Source of the DNA: a bacterium
GTDB lineage: Bacteria > Hinthialibacterota > Hinthialibacteria > Hinthialibacterales > Hinthialibacteraceae
Direction of reading: 5' to 3'
Assembly: GCA_963662285.2 (NCBI GenBank)
Contig: CAXXMV010000006.1
Location: 480,001 to 544,000 of the forward strand
Length of the DNA stretch: 64,000 nucleotides
The notes under the pieces were generated by a model that worked only from the letters and a program-made list of their open reading frames with translations, did no database searches and had not been told where the DNA came from. Made by a program: the position numbers and the translations under genes. Below are positions 41,553 through 50,484 of the stretch, piece after piece (within the stretch, counting starts at the first letter, position 1; every line of letters begins with the position of its first letter).

Positions 41553-44084
41553 CTATTTCCTTCTCTTCAGATGCTGAATTATCTGCATGGCGCGGGTTGA
41601 ATAGAGGTGGTCTAAATTGATGCGGGTCTGCGCGGCCAGAATGATTGAGTCGCGCTCTTCTTGATGATCCAAATAGTATTTGATCTTTTCCGCAATATCA
41701 TTTTCATCATTAAACAAAGCAATTTCCTTGCCGGGAATCAAGTACTGATTGAGGTTATCCCCGGTATGAAATTGTGCGTCCGACAATACAAAACCATCGC
41801 ACATGGGAGCATCAAAATCAACCGCAGTTGGCCCGTCATGCGGGAAAAATGGATGCAGGTTGATGATGATGCGGGCGCTTTTATAAACATTAAATACTTC
41901 ATTGTAAGCCAACGGTCGGTGAAATACTTGCTGCTCCAGACATGTATCATTGAATACTTCAGGTAGTTGGTTAATTCCATAAATTTTAAGTTCTACATCA
42001 TGCAGACTGGATAAGACGCGCATACAACGCTGGCGGTAACACTCGTCCTGTATAAAAGAGTTGATACAATAATTATCTGAATCTGATTCATTATGTATTT
42101 TAATAGCGTCCAGTATAATTTTTTGTTCTGCCTCATTTAGTGATTGGCTGATCAATTGCTTCAGGTTTAAGGTGGGGTTTTTTATTTTATCATCAACGAT
42201 GCCATCAATTTTATCAATAATATGATCCGGTAATTGATTCTTGATGGGATTGGTATCTAATGGATTGCCGATAAAGGCGATATCGCTTTCCAATTCTTCT
42301 TTATAATAATAAGCCCATGTCGCTGAGCCGATGGGAAGCCGGTTTACTCTATCCAATTTCTTCAATTCGCTCGGCTCTTCATCCTGGCTGTATTGATAAA
42401 AAACAGTTTCGTTTTCAGATAGAGATTGAATCTCTTCGCTGGTTGGTTCGCTTGGTCGCCAGGTGATGCGGGGAATAGGGATCGATTCAATCGCCTTCAT
42501 CAAGCGGCTTGATGGTACGTTGATAAAGAGAAGGCAATCAGGCAGGGTTTGGTATATATGGCGTAGTATTGTCTGACGATCCTTCTCCGCAAGTTTTGTT
42601 GCATCAGCAAGAACTTTGATTGTGCGCGTAGTAAACAAGTGTCGCTTGAAACCGTCATCCATCCCATCAGCGGTTATCAACCACTGGGGATCATCAGCAA
42701 CGAATAGCAGTACCCGTTTATTCTGTATAGCATTCTTGCTTTTATAATATTCGGCGACGCTTTTCATTAAAAAGTTTATTGGATCATTTCCCGACTGGGC
42801 TACTTCCCGTCCTCTACCTAGAAAAGCATTACGAATTTCAAGCATATTGACGGGGGGAATATTAGTTTTGATTGGCGCCGGGCGTTGATCCATGACGGGC
42901 GCCGCCATGATAGAATTGATGAAATGCGGCGCCAGTTTTCCTTGGAAATCTCTTAAAAGCATCTCTTGTAATTCACTGCCGATATACCAATATACATAAT
43001 TGAAAATTTTGAAAACGCTATAAGAATATACAAAAAGATGCGATATGAAATAATCCCAATCGGGTTCCATGATAACCACTGGTTTATTATCTTTATGCTT
43101 CTTACTGTATAGTTGGCTGGGGTGGATGGAATGGATTCCATTTATCAAAAGCCATTGTTTGTCTGATTGATAGGTCTGGTATTGCTTATAGGCGGCAGCT
43201 GATTGTGATGGTTGATCAGGAATGATCCATTGGCATTCCCCGCCTGGTTCCGTCAGGCGTTTTTTGAAGCAAAACCGGTCGGCTTCACGGCGTACTTCAA
43301 TTTCCGGTAAGGCAATATGTTCTCTGATCGATTGTTCTAATCGGGGATGAAATTGCTTGAAATAAAGCAGGTTCTCTTTAAGAGCATCGGTATAGAACTG
43401 ATCGAGTGGAACATAACCGTCTTCTATCTTGGATGGATGCGAATTTTGTTTTGAAACTGTTCCCCGGCAATGACGCAAATCAGGCGCAACTATTGCATCA
43501 ATATCAATCTTCACCGGGCGGTTCAGCAGTTCTTCTAATTTTTTCAGATTTATTTCGGGTTGCTCGAACCAGTCTTGATAATCAATCACGGCATAGGGGA
43601 CATCGAAATTGGCCTGGTTCCATGCAATGCGTTCCAGATATTTTTCGACAATTTGACGCCCCTTGGTAAGTTCCATGTTATTGGCATGATATAGTGATTC
43701 AGCGATGGCTTCCGTATCTCTGGAGGTGTAAATTATTCGCAGGTCGTAATGCATTAAAACCGGATGCCAGACCGGAAAAGTAAAGGTAAAGCGTGGGTCT
43801 TTGATGGCGTAATCATGCTCTGGAATCTTAAAAGGAATTGTCGTTCCGATAAATTTTTCAATAGCTTCGACGCCGGGAGTTGGATATCGGTTTTTAGGAT
43901 CGCCTGAAGCTGATGCTAATATGCCATGATTAAATTCAACTATAGCATTGCTTTCAAAATAGCCCCGCTGGTTCTGTTCGTTAGCTGAGATGCAATCATT
44001 ACCGCAATCGAAGCCCATAGCATGAAGCACTTGCATGACCAGTGATGAGCCGGTGCGCCCCATTCCCATAACCACTATGAGCAT
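41553..44084 (-). CDS. Sulfotransferase / CgeB-like glycosyltransferase fusion
   Basis: N-terminal GMGRTGSS (PAPS-binding loop), GYFE and KDPR; C-terminal IAFIG, YKSARIIINLH, CDGFVLSD and KIKYYLDH...DHLY. Confidence 0.8.
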   Translation of the reverse strand: MLIVVMGMGRTGSSLVMQVLHAMGFDCGNDCISANEQNQRGYFESNAIVEFNHGILASASGDPKNRYPTPGVEAIEKFIGTTIPFKIPEHDYAIKDPRFTFTFPVWHPVLMHYDLRIIYTSRDTEAIAESLYHANNMELTKGRQIVEKYLERIAWNQANFDVPYAVIDYQDWFEQPEINLKKLEELLNRPVKIDIDAIVAPDLRHCRGTVSKQNSHPSKIEDGYVPLDQFYTDALKENLLYFKQFHPRLEQSIREHIALPEIEVRREADRFCFKKRLTEPGGECQWIIPDQPSQSAAAYKQYQTYQSDKQWLLINGIHSIHPSQLYSKKHKDNKPVVIMEPDWDYFISHLFVYSYSVFKIFNYVYWYIGSELQEMLLRDFQGKLAPHFINSIMAAPVMDQRPAPIKTNIPPVNMLEIRNAFLGRGREVAQSGNDPINFLMKSVAEYYKSKNAIQNKRVLLFVADDPQWLITADGMDDGFKRHLFTTRTIKVLADATKLAEKDRQTILRHIYQTLPDCLLFINVPSSRLMKAIESIPIPRITWRPSEPTSEEIQSLSENETVFYQYSQDEEPSELKKLDRVNRLPIGSATWAYYYKEELESDIAFIGNPLDTNPIKNQLPDHIIDKIDGIVDDKIKNPTLNLKQLISQSLNEAEQKIILDAIKIHNESDSDNYCINSFIQDECYRQRCMRVLSSLHDVELKIYGINQLPEVFNDTCLEQQVFHRPLAYNEVFNVYKSARIIINLHPFFPHDGPTAVDFDAPMCDGFVLSDAQFHTGDNLNQYLIPGKEIALFNDENDIAEKIKYYLDHQEERDSIILAAQTRINLDHLYSTRAMQIIQHLKRRK

Positions 44085-44156
44085 ATTCTATTCCTTTGCG
44101 TTTTTGAATAGCTTCCCATGATTATAATAAACCCGGTCTAAGTTAGGATTGGAAAC

Positions 44157-44450
44157 TTATTTGGCTGATGGTCCGGTTACAGTTTGAGGCTGCGCCAGTT
44201 TTTGTCCCTGCGGTAATATAGAAGGCGTTTGCTGATCCGTCTCCTGTTTGACGACAAAGGTTTTTTTCTCTTTTTGTACAGGCGTTGGTGGACTCTTCTC
44301 TACAGGCGTCGGGGCCGCCTTTTTTACTAGCGCCGGGGTTGTATATGTAGCATTATAATCGGGTGTGGGGGATGGTATGAATATTATTAATCCCATAACT
44401 ACAACCACGATAACCATAAGAACAACTATCAATACTGATGGCAAATGCAT
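44157..44450 (-). CDS. Small membrane-anchored Pro/Thr-rich protein
   Basis: N-terminal TM helix followed by PTP repeats; RBS GGAG. Confidence 0.55.
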   Translation of the reverse strand: MHLPSVLIVVLMVIVVVVMGLIIFIPSPTPDYNATYTTPALVKKAAPTPVEKSPPTPVQKEKKTFVVKQETDQQTPSILPQGQKLAQPQTVTGPSAK

Positions 44451-44666
44451 TTATAAGTCTCCAAATAAAACAGGTTTATTGGCAATCAAAGCAACAATGA
44501 ATATAATAGATCGACGGCAAAAATACTCTAATTGATTAGTTCCACGATTCGCAAGATTTTACCACTACAGCCTTATTAATGAAAGCGGGTTGATTCAATA
44601 ACAAGAGTAGTATGAATAATTACATATTATATATAACGAATCATACTCTATGAGGTCACCAGGATT

Positions 44667-45455
44667 ATGTCAAACTTACAACCGGAAACCAGACAACCAG
44701 ATCATAAAACCCCTGGCCGAAAAGTGGATTTTATTATTTGCGGCGTCCAAAAGGGAGGCACTACCGCATTGGACGCCTATTTTGTCGGGCATCCTGAGAT
44801 ATGCCTGGCTCAAAAAAAAGAATTACACTTTTTTGATACTGAAGCCTTTTTTGAATCAAAACAACCAGACTATTCCATATATCATTCCTGGTTCAACCTA
44901 AAAGCCGAGCATAAGGTTATTGGCGAATCTACCCCTATATACATGTATTGGTATGATACTCCAAAGCGTATTTGGCAATATAACCCGGAGATGAAACTCA
45001 TCGTTATATTAAGAAATCCAATCGATAGAGCATATTCTCATTGGAATATGGAACGATCCAGAAATTACGATAATTTATCGTTTTGGGATGCCATCCAAAA
45101 TGAACCTCAGAGGCTTCGTGAGTCTTTGCCATATCAACACAGGATATTTTCATATATTGACCGGGGTTTCTACTTGGAACAGTTGCGCCGTCTTTGGTTC
45201 TTCTTCCCCAAAGACCAGGTGCTCATCATTAAAAATGAGCATTTGAGAAATCAACCAAAAGAAGCATTAGAAGATTTAACCGATTTTCTTGGAATTAACA
45301 AATTCGAAAATATAGAAAACTCAAAAGTCAATTCACTTCCCTATCAGTCGCAAATGAGCCATAAAGAAAGAGAGTACCTGCAATACGTTTTTGAGCATGA
45401 AATTCATGGTTTAGAAAGGATTTTGGGCTGGGATTGCAGTGATTGGCTGAAATGA
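44667..45455 (+). CDS. Sulfotransferase (Sulfotransfer_1, heparan 3-O-sulfotransferase-like)
   Basis: FIICGVQKGGTT, KELHFFD, GESTPIY, LRNPIDRAYS and RGFY motifs. Confidence 0.9.
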   Translation: MSNLQPETRQPDHKTPGRKVDFIICGVQKGGTTALDAYFVGHPEICLAQKKELHFFDTEAFFESKQPDYSIYHSWFNLKAEHKVIGESTPIYMYWYDTPKRIWQYNPEMKLIVILRNPIDRAYSHWNMERSRNYDNLSFWDAIQNEPQRLRESLPYQHRIFSYIDRGFYLEQLRRLWFFFPKDQVLIIKNEHLRNQPKEALEDLTDFLGINKFENIENSKVNSLPYQSQMSHKEREYLQYVFEHEIHGLERILGWDCSDWLK

Positions 45456-45548
45456 AACAGAACAATGCCGTTTGTTCCATAACTTAAGATAAATATTGAA
45501 CGTTGTATAATGGAGTTTTCCATCATATGCAATATAAGTCAGGATAAA

Positions 45549-45830
45549 ATGAAAAAGACTTTTCTGATTGGCATATCATTATCATTAATTTTGTGCAGCG
45601 GGTGCGCTGGCGTATCCATCCCGGTGGGAAGTCTATTGCCCCTTTTGTTGATCGAAGAGAATACCGTTAAACCAGAACAAAAACCGCCCTTGGACAAGAA
45701 CAACCAAATCACTTTAGATGATCTAAGATTGATGGATGAAGATTTAGATATTTTTGATCTCCCCGATATAGAGATGCTATCTACTGCGTATATGGAATAC
45801 GCCGTTGCTCAAGAAATCCGGATAAAATAA
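45549..45830 (+). CDS. Putative small lipoprotein
   Basis: MKKTFLIGISLSLILCSGC gives a lipobox-like signal. Confidence 0.55.
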   Translation: MKKTFLIGISLSLILCSGCAGVSIPVGSLLPLLLIEENTVKPEQKPPLDKNNQITLDDLRLMDEDLDIFDLPDIEMLSTAYMEYAVAQEIRIK

Positions 45831-45831
45831 A

Positions 45832-45869
45832 AACAGCCGGGTTACGATTAATCACGCCGCCCGGCTGTT
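45832..45869 (+). terminator. Hairpin / probable terminator
   Basis: AACAGCCGGG...CCCGGCTGTT directly after the stop codon. Confidence 0.5.
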
Positions 45870-45908
45870 CTCTTATCATTCGTTATTTATAGTCTGCCCC
45901 ACTCAGGC

Positions 45909-45939
45909 GTAGGATGGATCAGCGCTTTACCGACCCATC
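45909..45939 (+). repeat. REP-like element, family A (degenerate)
   Basis: GTAGGATGGATCAGCG...GACCCATC. Confidence 0.55.
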
Positions 45940-45981
45940 AAAAAACCACCCCCGACAAAAAAACACTCTTCCAATCTAAAA

Positions 45982-46914
45982 TCAATCAGAGAAAAACGGG
46001 AATAGTTCTTTGATCCGTTGCTTGTCCGGACGGCTGCCGTATTCGCAAATCTCAAATGCTTCAGCAGTCTTGATCTTCGATGCCCTCTCTTTACCATAGA
46101 ATTTTTCCAGCGCAGGCTTGTAATAATCTTTAACTAGAAATCTCTTACCAAAACGTTTGTTCAAGAAATCCAAACGTTCTTGCTGGTTGCCAGTGAAGAA
46201 TTTTGATTCATCCCCCGGGCCATTGGCGCCATACTCATGGAATTGAGAAACCAGTTTATCCAATCCAAGAAACTTTTGTTCTAATACGTCATCAATACCG
46301 ACCACGATATCCGCTGTTGATGGATATGGTTTTTGGAAGCGGTCCACCCAATAAAGAAAGACCGGATTCTTCTTGAGAGGTTCCGAGTCGGGGCAAATGA
46401 ATGGCACCGTTACCAGATAGGCCGCATCCTGCACCAGGATTGAGGTGTAACGATGATCGGGATGATAGTCGTTGGGGCGGTTGGTGATTACTATGTCCGC
46501 TTTCCATTGCTGGATCAGACGGATGAAGGTTTTGCGGTTTTCCAGCGTCGGCATTATCTCACCGTCGTGGATATCCAAGACCTGCGTTTCGATGCCATAT
46601 ATCTTGGCGGCCTCTTCCACTTCCCGTGTGCGGCGTTGAGCCAGAGGACCGCCCGCCATAACCGAATGCCCGATATCACCATTGGTAGACGATACGAATT
46701 TGACTTTATGCCCTTGTCGCGCCCATTTGATGGCGCAGCCCGCCACATTGATCTCACAGTCGTCTGGATGCGCCCCGAATACGATAATATGCAGCGGCTC
46801 ATCAGCCGATGCGCTCATCACCGTAAAACAGAAGCAGAACAGAAAATAGATCATGGCCAGGAAAGCCAGTACCATTAAGGCTTTGTTGTGGTTGAAACGA
46901 GTACGGATCATCAT
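45982..46914 (-). CDS. Secreted PIG-L/LmbE family deacetylase
   Basis: GAHPDD, TNGD and YHPDH motifs. Start moved to 46914 on the basis of a GAGG RBS and a signal peptide. Confidence 0.88.
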   Translation of the reverse strand: MMIRTRFNHNKALMVLAFLAMIYFLFCFCFTVMSASADEPLHIIVFGAHPDDCEINVAGCAIKWARQGHKVKFVSSTNGDIGHSVMAGGPLAQRRTREVEEAAKIYGIETQVLDIHDGEIMPTLENRKTFIRLIQQWKADIVITNRPNDYHPDHRYTSILVQDAAYLVTVPFICPDSEPLKKNPVFLYWVDRFQKPYPSTADIVVGIDDVLEQKFLGLDKLVSQFHEYGANGPGDESKFFTGNQQERLDFLNKRFGKRFLVKDYYKPALEKFYGKERASKIKTAEAFEICEYGSRPDKQRIKELFPFFSD

Positions 46915-47028
46915 GACCGGATACCTCGTCAAATCGTTTTTAATCTCTGGATGTATTATCACGATATCTCCTCCATAAATCAATAGATTTTTTGTATATC
47001 TAAACGCCTTTTTTATCCAATAAACCAT

Positions 47029-47076
47029 GCACCCGGAATTCCTCTCCCAAGATTGGGAGAGGCTAGGTGAGGGTTG
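47029..47076 (+). repeat. REP-like hairpin, family C
   Basis: GCACCCGGAATTCCTCTCCCAAGATTGGGAGAGGCTAGGTGAGGGTTG; a direct copy lies at 49047-49094. Confidence 0.8.
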
Positions 47077-47144
47077 ATAACAATCACCTACGTAAAATGA
47101 ACAACACTAAAACAAACCATCACCCAATAACATAAAAACTCCAC

Positions 47145-48886
47145 TCATTTTCGCGCATAAACCATCTCCCCTCCCAAATAGGTTTTAAGCACCTGCATCT
47201 CTTTTATATCATCAACCGGGCAGCTCATGATATCGCGATCCAACACAATGAAATCGGCCAGTTTGCCCGGCTCCAGCGAACCGCGCTCTTTCTCGGCGAA
47301 GTGCAGATAAGCGTTGTTGATTGTATAGAAGCGGATGGCCTCCATCCGTGATAATCCCTGTTCCGGGTGTAGCGGCTTATCCATCCATTTAGCCTGGCGC
47401 GTCATGGTCACCCATATCGCCAGCCAGGGATCATAGAAATTGATTGAGCGTATCGAACCGATCTTCTGCATATGATCCGAACCGCCTCCCGCATGGGCGC
47501 CCAACGCCATCAGTGATTTAAGCGGTTGAAACCATTTGAGGCGCTCATATCCGAAGTGATTGGTCAAAGTCCGGCCATCCAAATGCAGCCATGCCGGTTG
47601 AATATCCATGCAAACGCCCAACTGCGCCACCCGTTGTACATCTTCCTCGCCCATGAAATTGGAATGGCATATCACCGGACGTTTGGCGCGGATGTCAAAT
47701 TTATCCTTGAGTTTGTCGCACCCGTCAATAATGGCATGAACCGCCCCGTCACCCACGCTATGGGCATTGAATTGCACGTCATACTCCATACATGCTTCAA
47801 GAATAGCGTCCAGTTTTGTCCTCTGGAATAAAACGCAAACCACGATATTCAGGGTCGCTGATATTATAAAAGTCGCTCACCCCCCAAGGCTTGCGCATAT
47901 AAGCGCTGCCGGTCAACATGCCGCCGTCCATATAGACTTTGGATGCGCCCAGCCTCAGCATGGCGTCGCCTTTATACAATGGAGACTCTGCAATCTCCTT
48001 GATAGCACTACGGATTTTTTCCACTGATTGGATTGTATCGACATGTTTTGACAGGTACGAGCGGACGCTCAGTTTCTCTTGTTGATAAAGCGTTTTGTAT
48101 AGCTCAATTACAGAATCTCTGGCATCGCGTTCCCCGATGCCGGTGATGCCCACCCGGTTATAGTCATCGAATAGCTCAACCAGTTTTTGCAGATGCGCTT
48201 CCTGGCCCGGTTCTTTTTGGGGAGACTTATACTTCAGGTACCGGGTGCAACTGCGCAGGATTCCGGTCAACTCACCAGTCTGCGGGTCTTTCTCGGCATG
48301 ACCGGGGCCGCCGTCATCAACCTTCCAATCCTTGTCAATACCGCTCATTTCGAGCGCCAATGTACTGACCGAAGCATCCGGTCCAGTGCGGAATACTGTA
48401 GGATTATCCGGCGCGATAGCGTCCAGTTCAGCGCGGGTGGGGTATCGTTCTTCCTTCAGACGGGTCAGGAACACCTGACTGACCCAGATCCAATCGCCTT
48501 TTTTGACAACCTCGGTGCGTGACTTTATATAAGCCAAAACATCAGCAATGCTCTCCATAGCCGGAACCGGATGGTCGTATTCCGTCATACAGGCCGCCGC
48601 TGGATGTCCATGAGAATCAATAATCCCCGGCATGACGCATTTTGCCTTTAAGATCAATGATTTTAGTATCTTGCGTCTTATAAACCGAGGTTTCCCGAGC
48701 AGTTCCAACAGCAATAATCCGGTCGCCCTTCAACGCCATACTCGAATGAATGCTGAATGCTGCATCCACTGTAATAATCTTCCCATTAATAAAAATCTGA
48801 TCGGCGGAATCGATCGCCGCATAAGGACTAATAGAAATTAGTAATAAACATAACAATAAATATCCCAATGATTTATACCGTTTCAT
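47145..48886 (-). pseudogene. Secreted amidohydrolase-3 (YtcJ-like) split by two single-base frameshifts
   Basis: Three overlapping ORFs join into one protein (INGKIITVD...IDLKGK | CVMPGIIDSHGH...KVYMDG...IPEDK | LDAIL...HSVGD...GGSD...GSLEPGKLADF). Breaks are at 4-base homopolymers 48640-48643 and 47814-47817. Confidence 0.85.
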
Positions 48887-49046
48887 GATTCACCTCAATA
48901 TAGAAGATTGAATGAATTATCGATCATATCATACATAACGTGAGAAATGACAGTGTTCAATAACCATATAGACCATCCAATCATGAAAAATCCCGCCCAT
49001 CAAGAAAATCCCGGCCATCCAGATTCACACAAATAAATTCACCTAA

Positions 49047-49094
49047 GCACCCAGAATCCCTCTCCCAAGATTGGGAGAGGCCAGGTGAGGGTTG
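49047..49094 (+). repeat. REP-like hairpin, family C
   Basis: GCACCCAGAATCCCTCTCCCAAGATTGGGAGAGGCCAGGTGAGGGTTG. Confidence 0.8.
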
Positions 49095-49146
49095 AAAAAA
49101 ACCACCCAATCAAAAAAACCACCCAAATTAAACAAAAGTTCACCAA

Positions 49147-49163
49147 TTGGCACGCTTCTTGCC
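49147..49163 (+). promoter_or_regulatory. Sigma54 (-24/-12) promoter
   Basis: TTGGCACGCTTCTTGC is a near-perfect TGGCACG-N4-TTGC consensus, about 45 nt upstream of an ATG with an AAGGAG RBS. Confidence 0.75.
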
Positions 49164-49207
49164 AATTAACGTACCAAAGCCACAAAAAAAAACCAAGGAG
49201 AACTCAA

Positions 49208-49567
49208 ATGTCTACCAAACAAGAAGCCATAACCAAATTCGATGAACAAATCATGGATACTCTATACCACTGCATAATGAAGATTTCAGAACATCTAAAA
49301 AATGCCTACGACCCGGACTCGCCAGAATCAAACGCCCTCTTCCGCCTATACTGTTCCGCAGTCAGAACCAACATACAAATGACCAATAAATACCTCAAAG
49401 ACCAATCAAAAGAGAATCTCAGCCAAAATCAAAACCAAAACTCCCGAAACATGCCAAACAACAATCAAACCAGCTTCAAAAACATCCCGAACCAAAAAGC
49501 AAATGCATCTTGCCCAACCCAAAACAATAACAAAACATCATTCTGGAGAAAAAAGAAAACCGCCTGA
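49208..49567 (+). CDS. Hypothetical 119-aa protein with an N/Q-rich, basic tail
   Basis: AAGGAG RBS, ATG at 49208 (MSTKQEAITKF...), and a sigma54 motif upstream. Confidence 0.65.
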   Translation: MSTKQEAITKFDEQIMDTLYHCIMKISEHLKNAYDPDSPESNALFRLYCSAVRTNIQMTNKYLKDQSKENLSQNQNQNSRNMPNNNQTSFKNIPNQKANASCPTQNNNKTSFWRKKKTA

Positions 49568-49802
49568 CCAAAGCGGCTCACAATAACATATATGGATTAG
49601 AATCTCATTAGATCAATCCATCACCCATAAACCCCATTTTGTACTTTATGGCGATTCCTGGCATAAAGCAGGCTGGGTGTGTGTACTTATTTGTTAGTAA
49701 CGCTAAATATTCAGCATTGACCTGTATTTTATCGATGAGATATTGGATGATAGAACTAATGTAATTAAAAAAATAAGATTCAACTTGGGAGATTGGAAGA
49801 TT

Positions 49803-49842
49803 GGGTGCCAAGGGCAAGACCGCAAAGCGGTCAGCCCTTGAT
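49803..49842 (-). repeat. REP-like nested hairpin, family B
   Basis: Reverse-strand copy of ATCAAGGGCTGACCGCTTTGCGGTCTTGCCCTTGGCACCC. Confidence 0.8.
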
Positions 49843-50052
49843 GCGATCACTTATGATTGTGGTAAACTCATAGATTTTCCTGGGAACTCACGCTAGAGGT
49901 TGATATTAGTTTCATGTGCATTGTGTTGAGTCAGAAACAAGACGCATATATAAAACAGATTGGTTTATTATGGAAAAGCAATGAATAAATTAAAAAGTAA
50001 TTATTACAAACCTATAATAAAAACAGATATTAAAATTGATAGTATTAGCGAA

Positions 50053-50085
50053 GTAGGATGGGACAAAGCGCCAGCGTGTCCCATC
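50053..50085 (+). repeat. REP-like hairpin, family A
   Basis: GTAGGATGGGACAAAGCGCCAGCGTGTCCCATC; near-identical to 62012-62044. Confidence 0.8.
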
Positions 50086-50164
50086 GTTTTCAATTAATCT
50101 ACGTAAAAAAAAGTGCGCTCAAGAAGCGAATCCTGAGCGCGGGTGAAAGATATGTGTTCAGCGC

Positions 50165-50204
50165 GTAGGGTGGGCTAAAAGCCGCGAAGCGGCGTAGCCC
50201 ACCA
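50165..50204 (+). repeat. REP-like hairpin, family A
   Basis: GTAGGGTGGGCTAAAAGCCGCGAAGCGGCGTAGCCCACCA. Confidence 0.8.
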
Positions 50205-50324
50205 AATATCAACCCATGTTTACCGTCTAATTTCTCCTCAGGTATGATAGATTTCCTCTATAATAAATGACATAATCCAATAAGGTTAATCAATCCGTAG
50301 GCAATGAAGAGGGAAAAGGCCATT

Positions 50325-50456
50325 ATGAAAGACCAATTCTCACGCCGCGATTTTATCAGAAACTCTGGTTTAGGCGCCCTGTCTCTGCGTTTCACAAGCG
50401 ACGCCGTAGGAGCGCGTCGAATGATCCGTAGCCCCGCACCCAGCAGCGAAGCGTAG
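50325..50456 (+). pseudogene. 43-aa ORF consisting only of a Tat signal peptide (gene remnant or small peptide)
   Basis: MKDQFSRRDFIRNSGLGALSL...SSEA*, preceded by a purine-rich RBS; below the ORF-track cutoff. Confidence 0.5.
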
Positions 50457-50484
50457 CCAAAAACACTGTGTTTATAGTGTAAAA

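Noticed and set aside
49085-49207. N-terminal extension of the 49085..49567 ORF
   Set aside because: The GTG start lies inside a REP and upstream of the sigma54 motif. The ATG at 49208 has a strong RBS.
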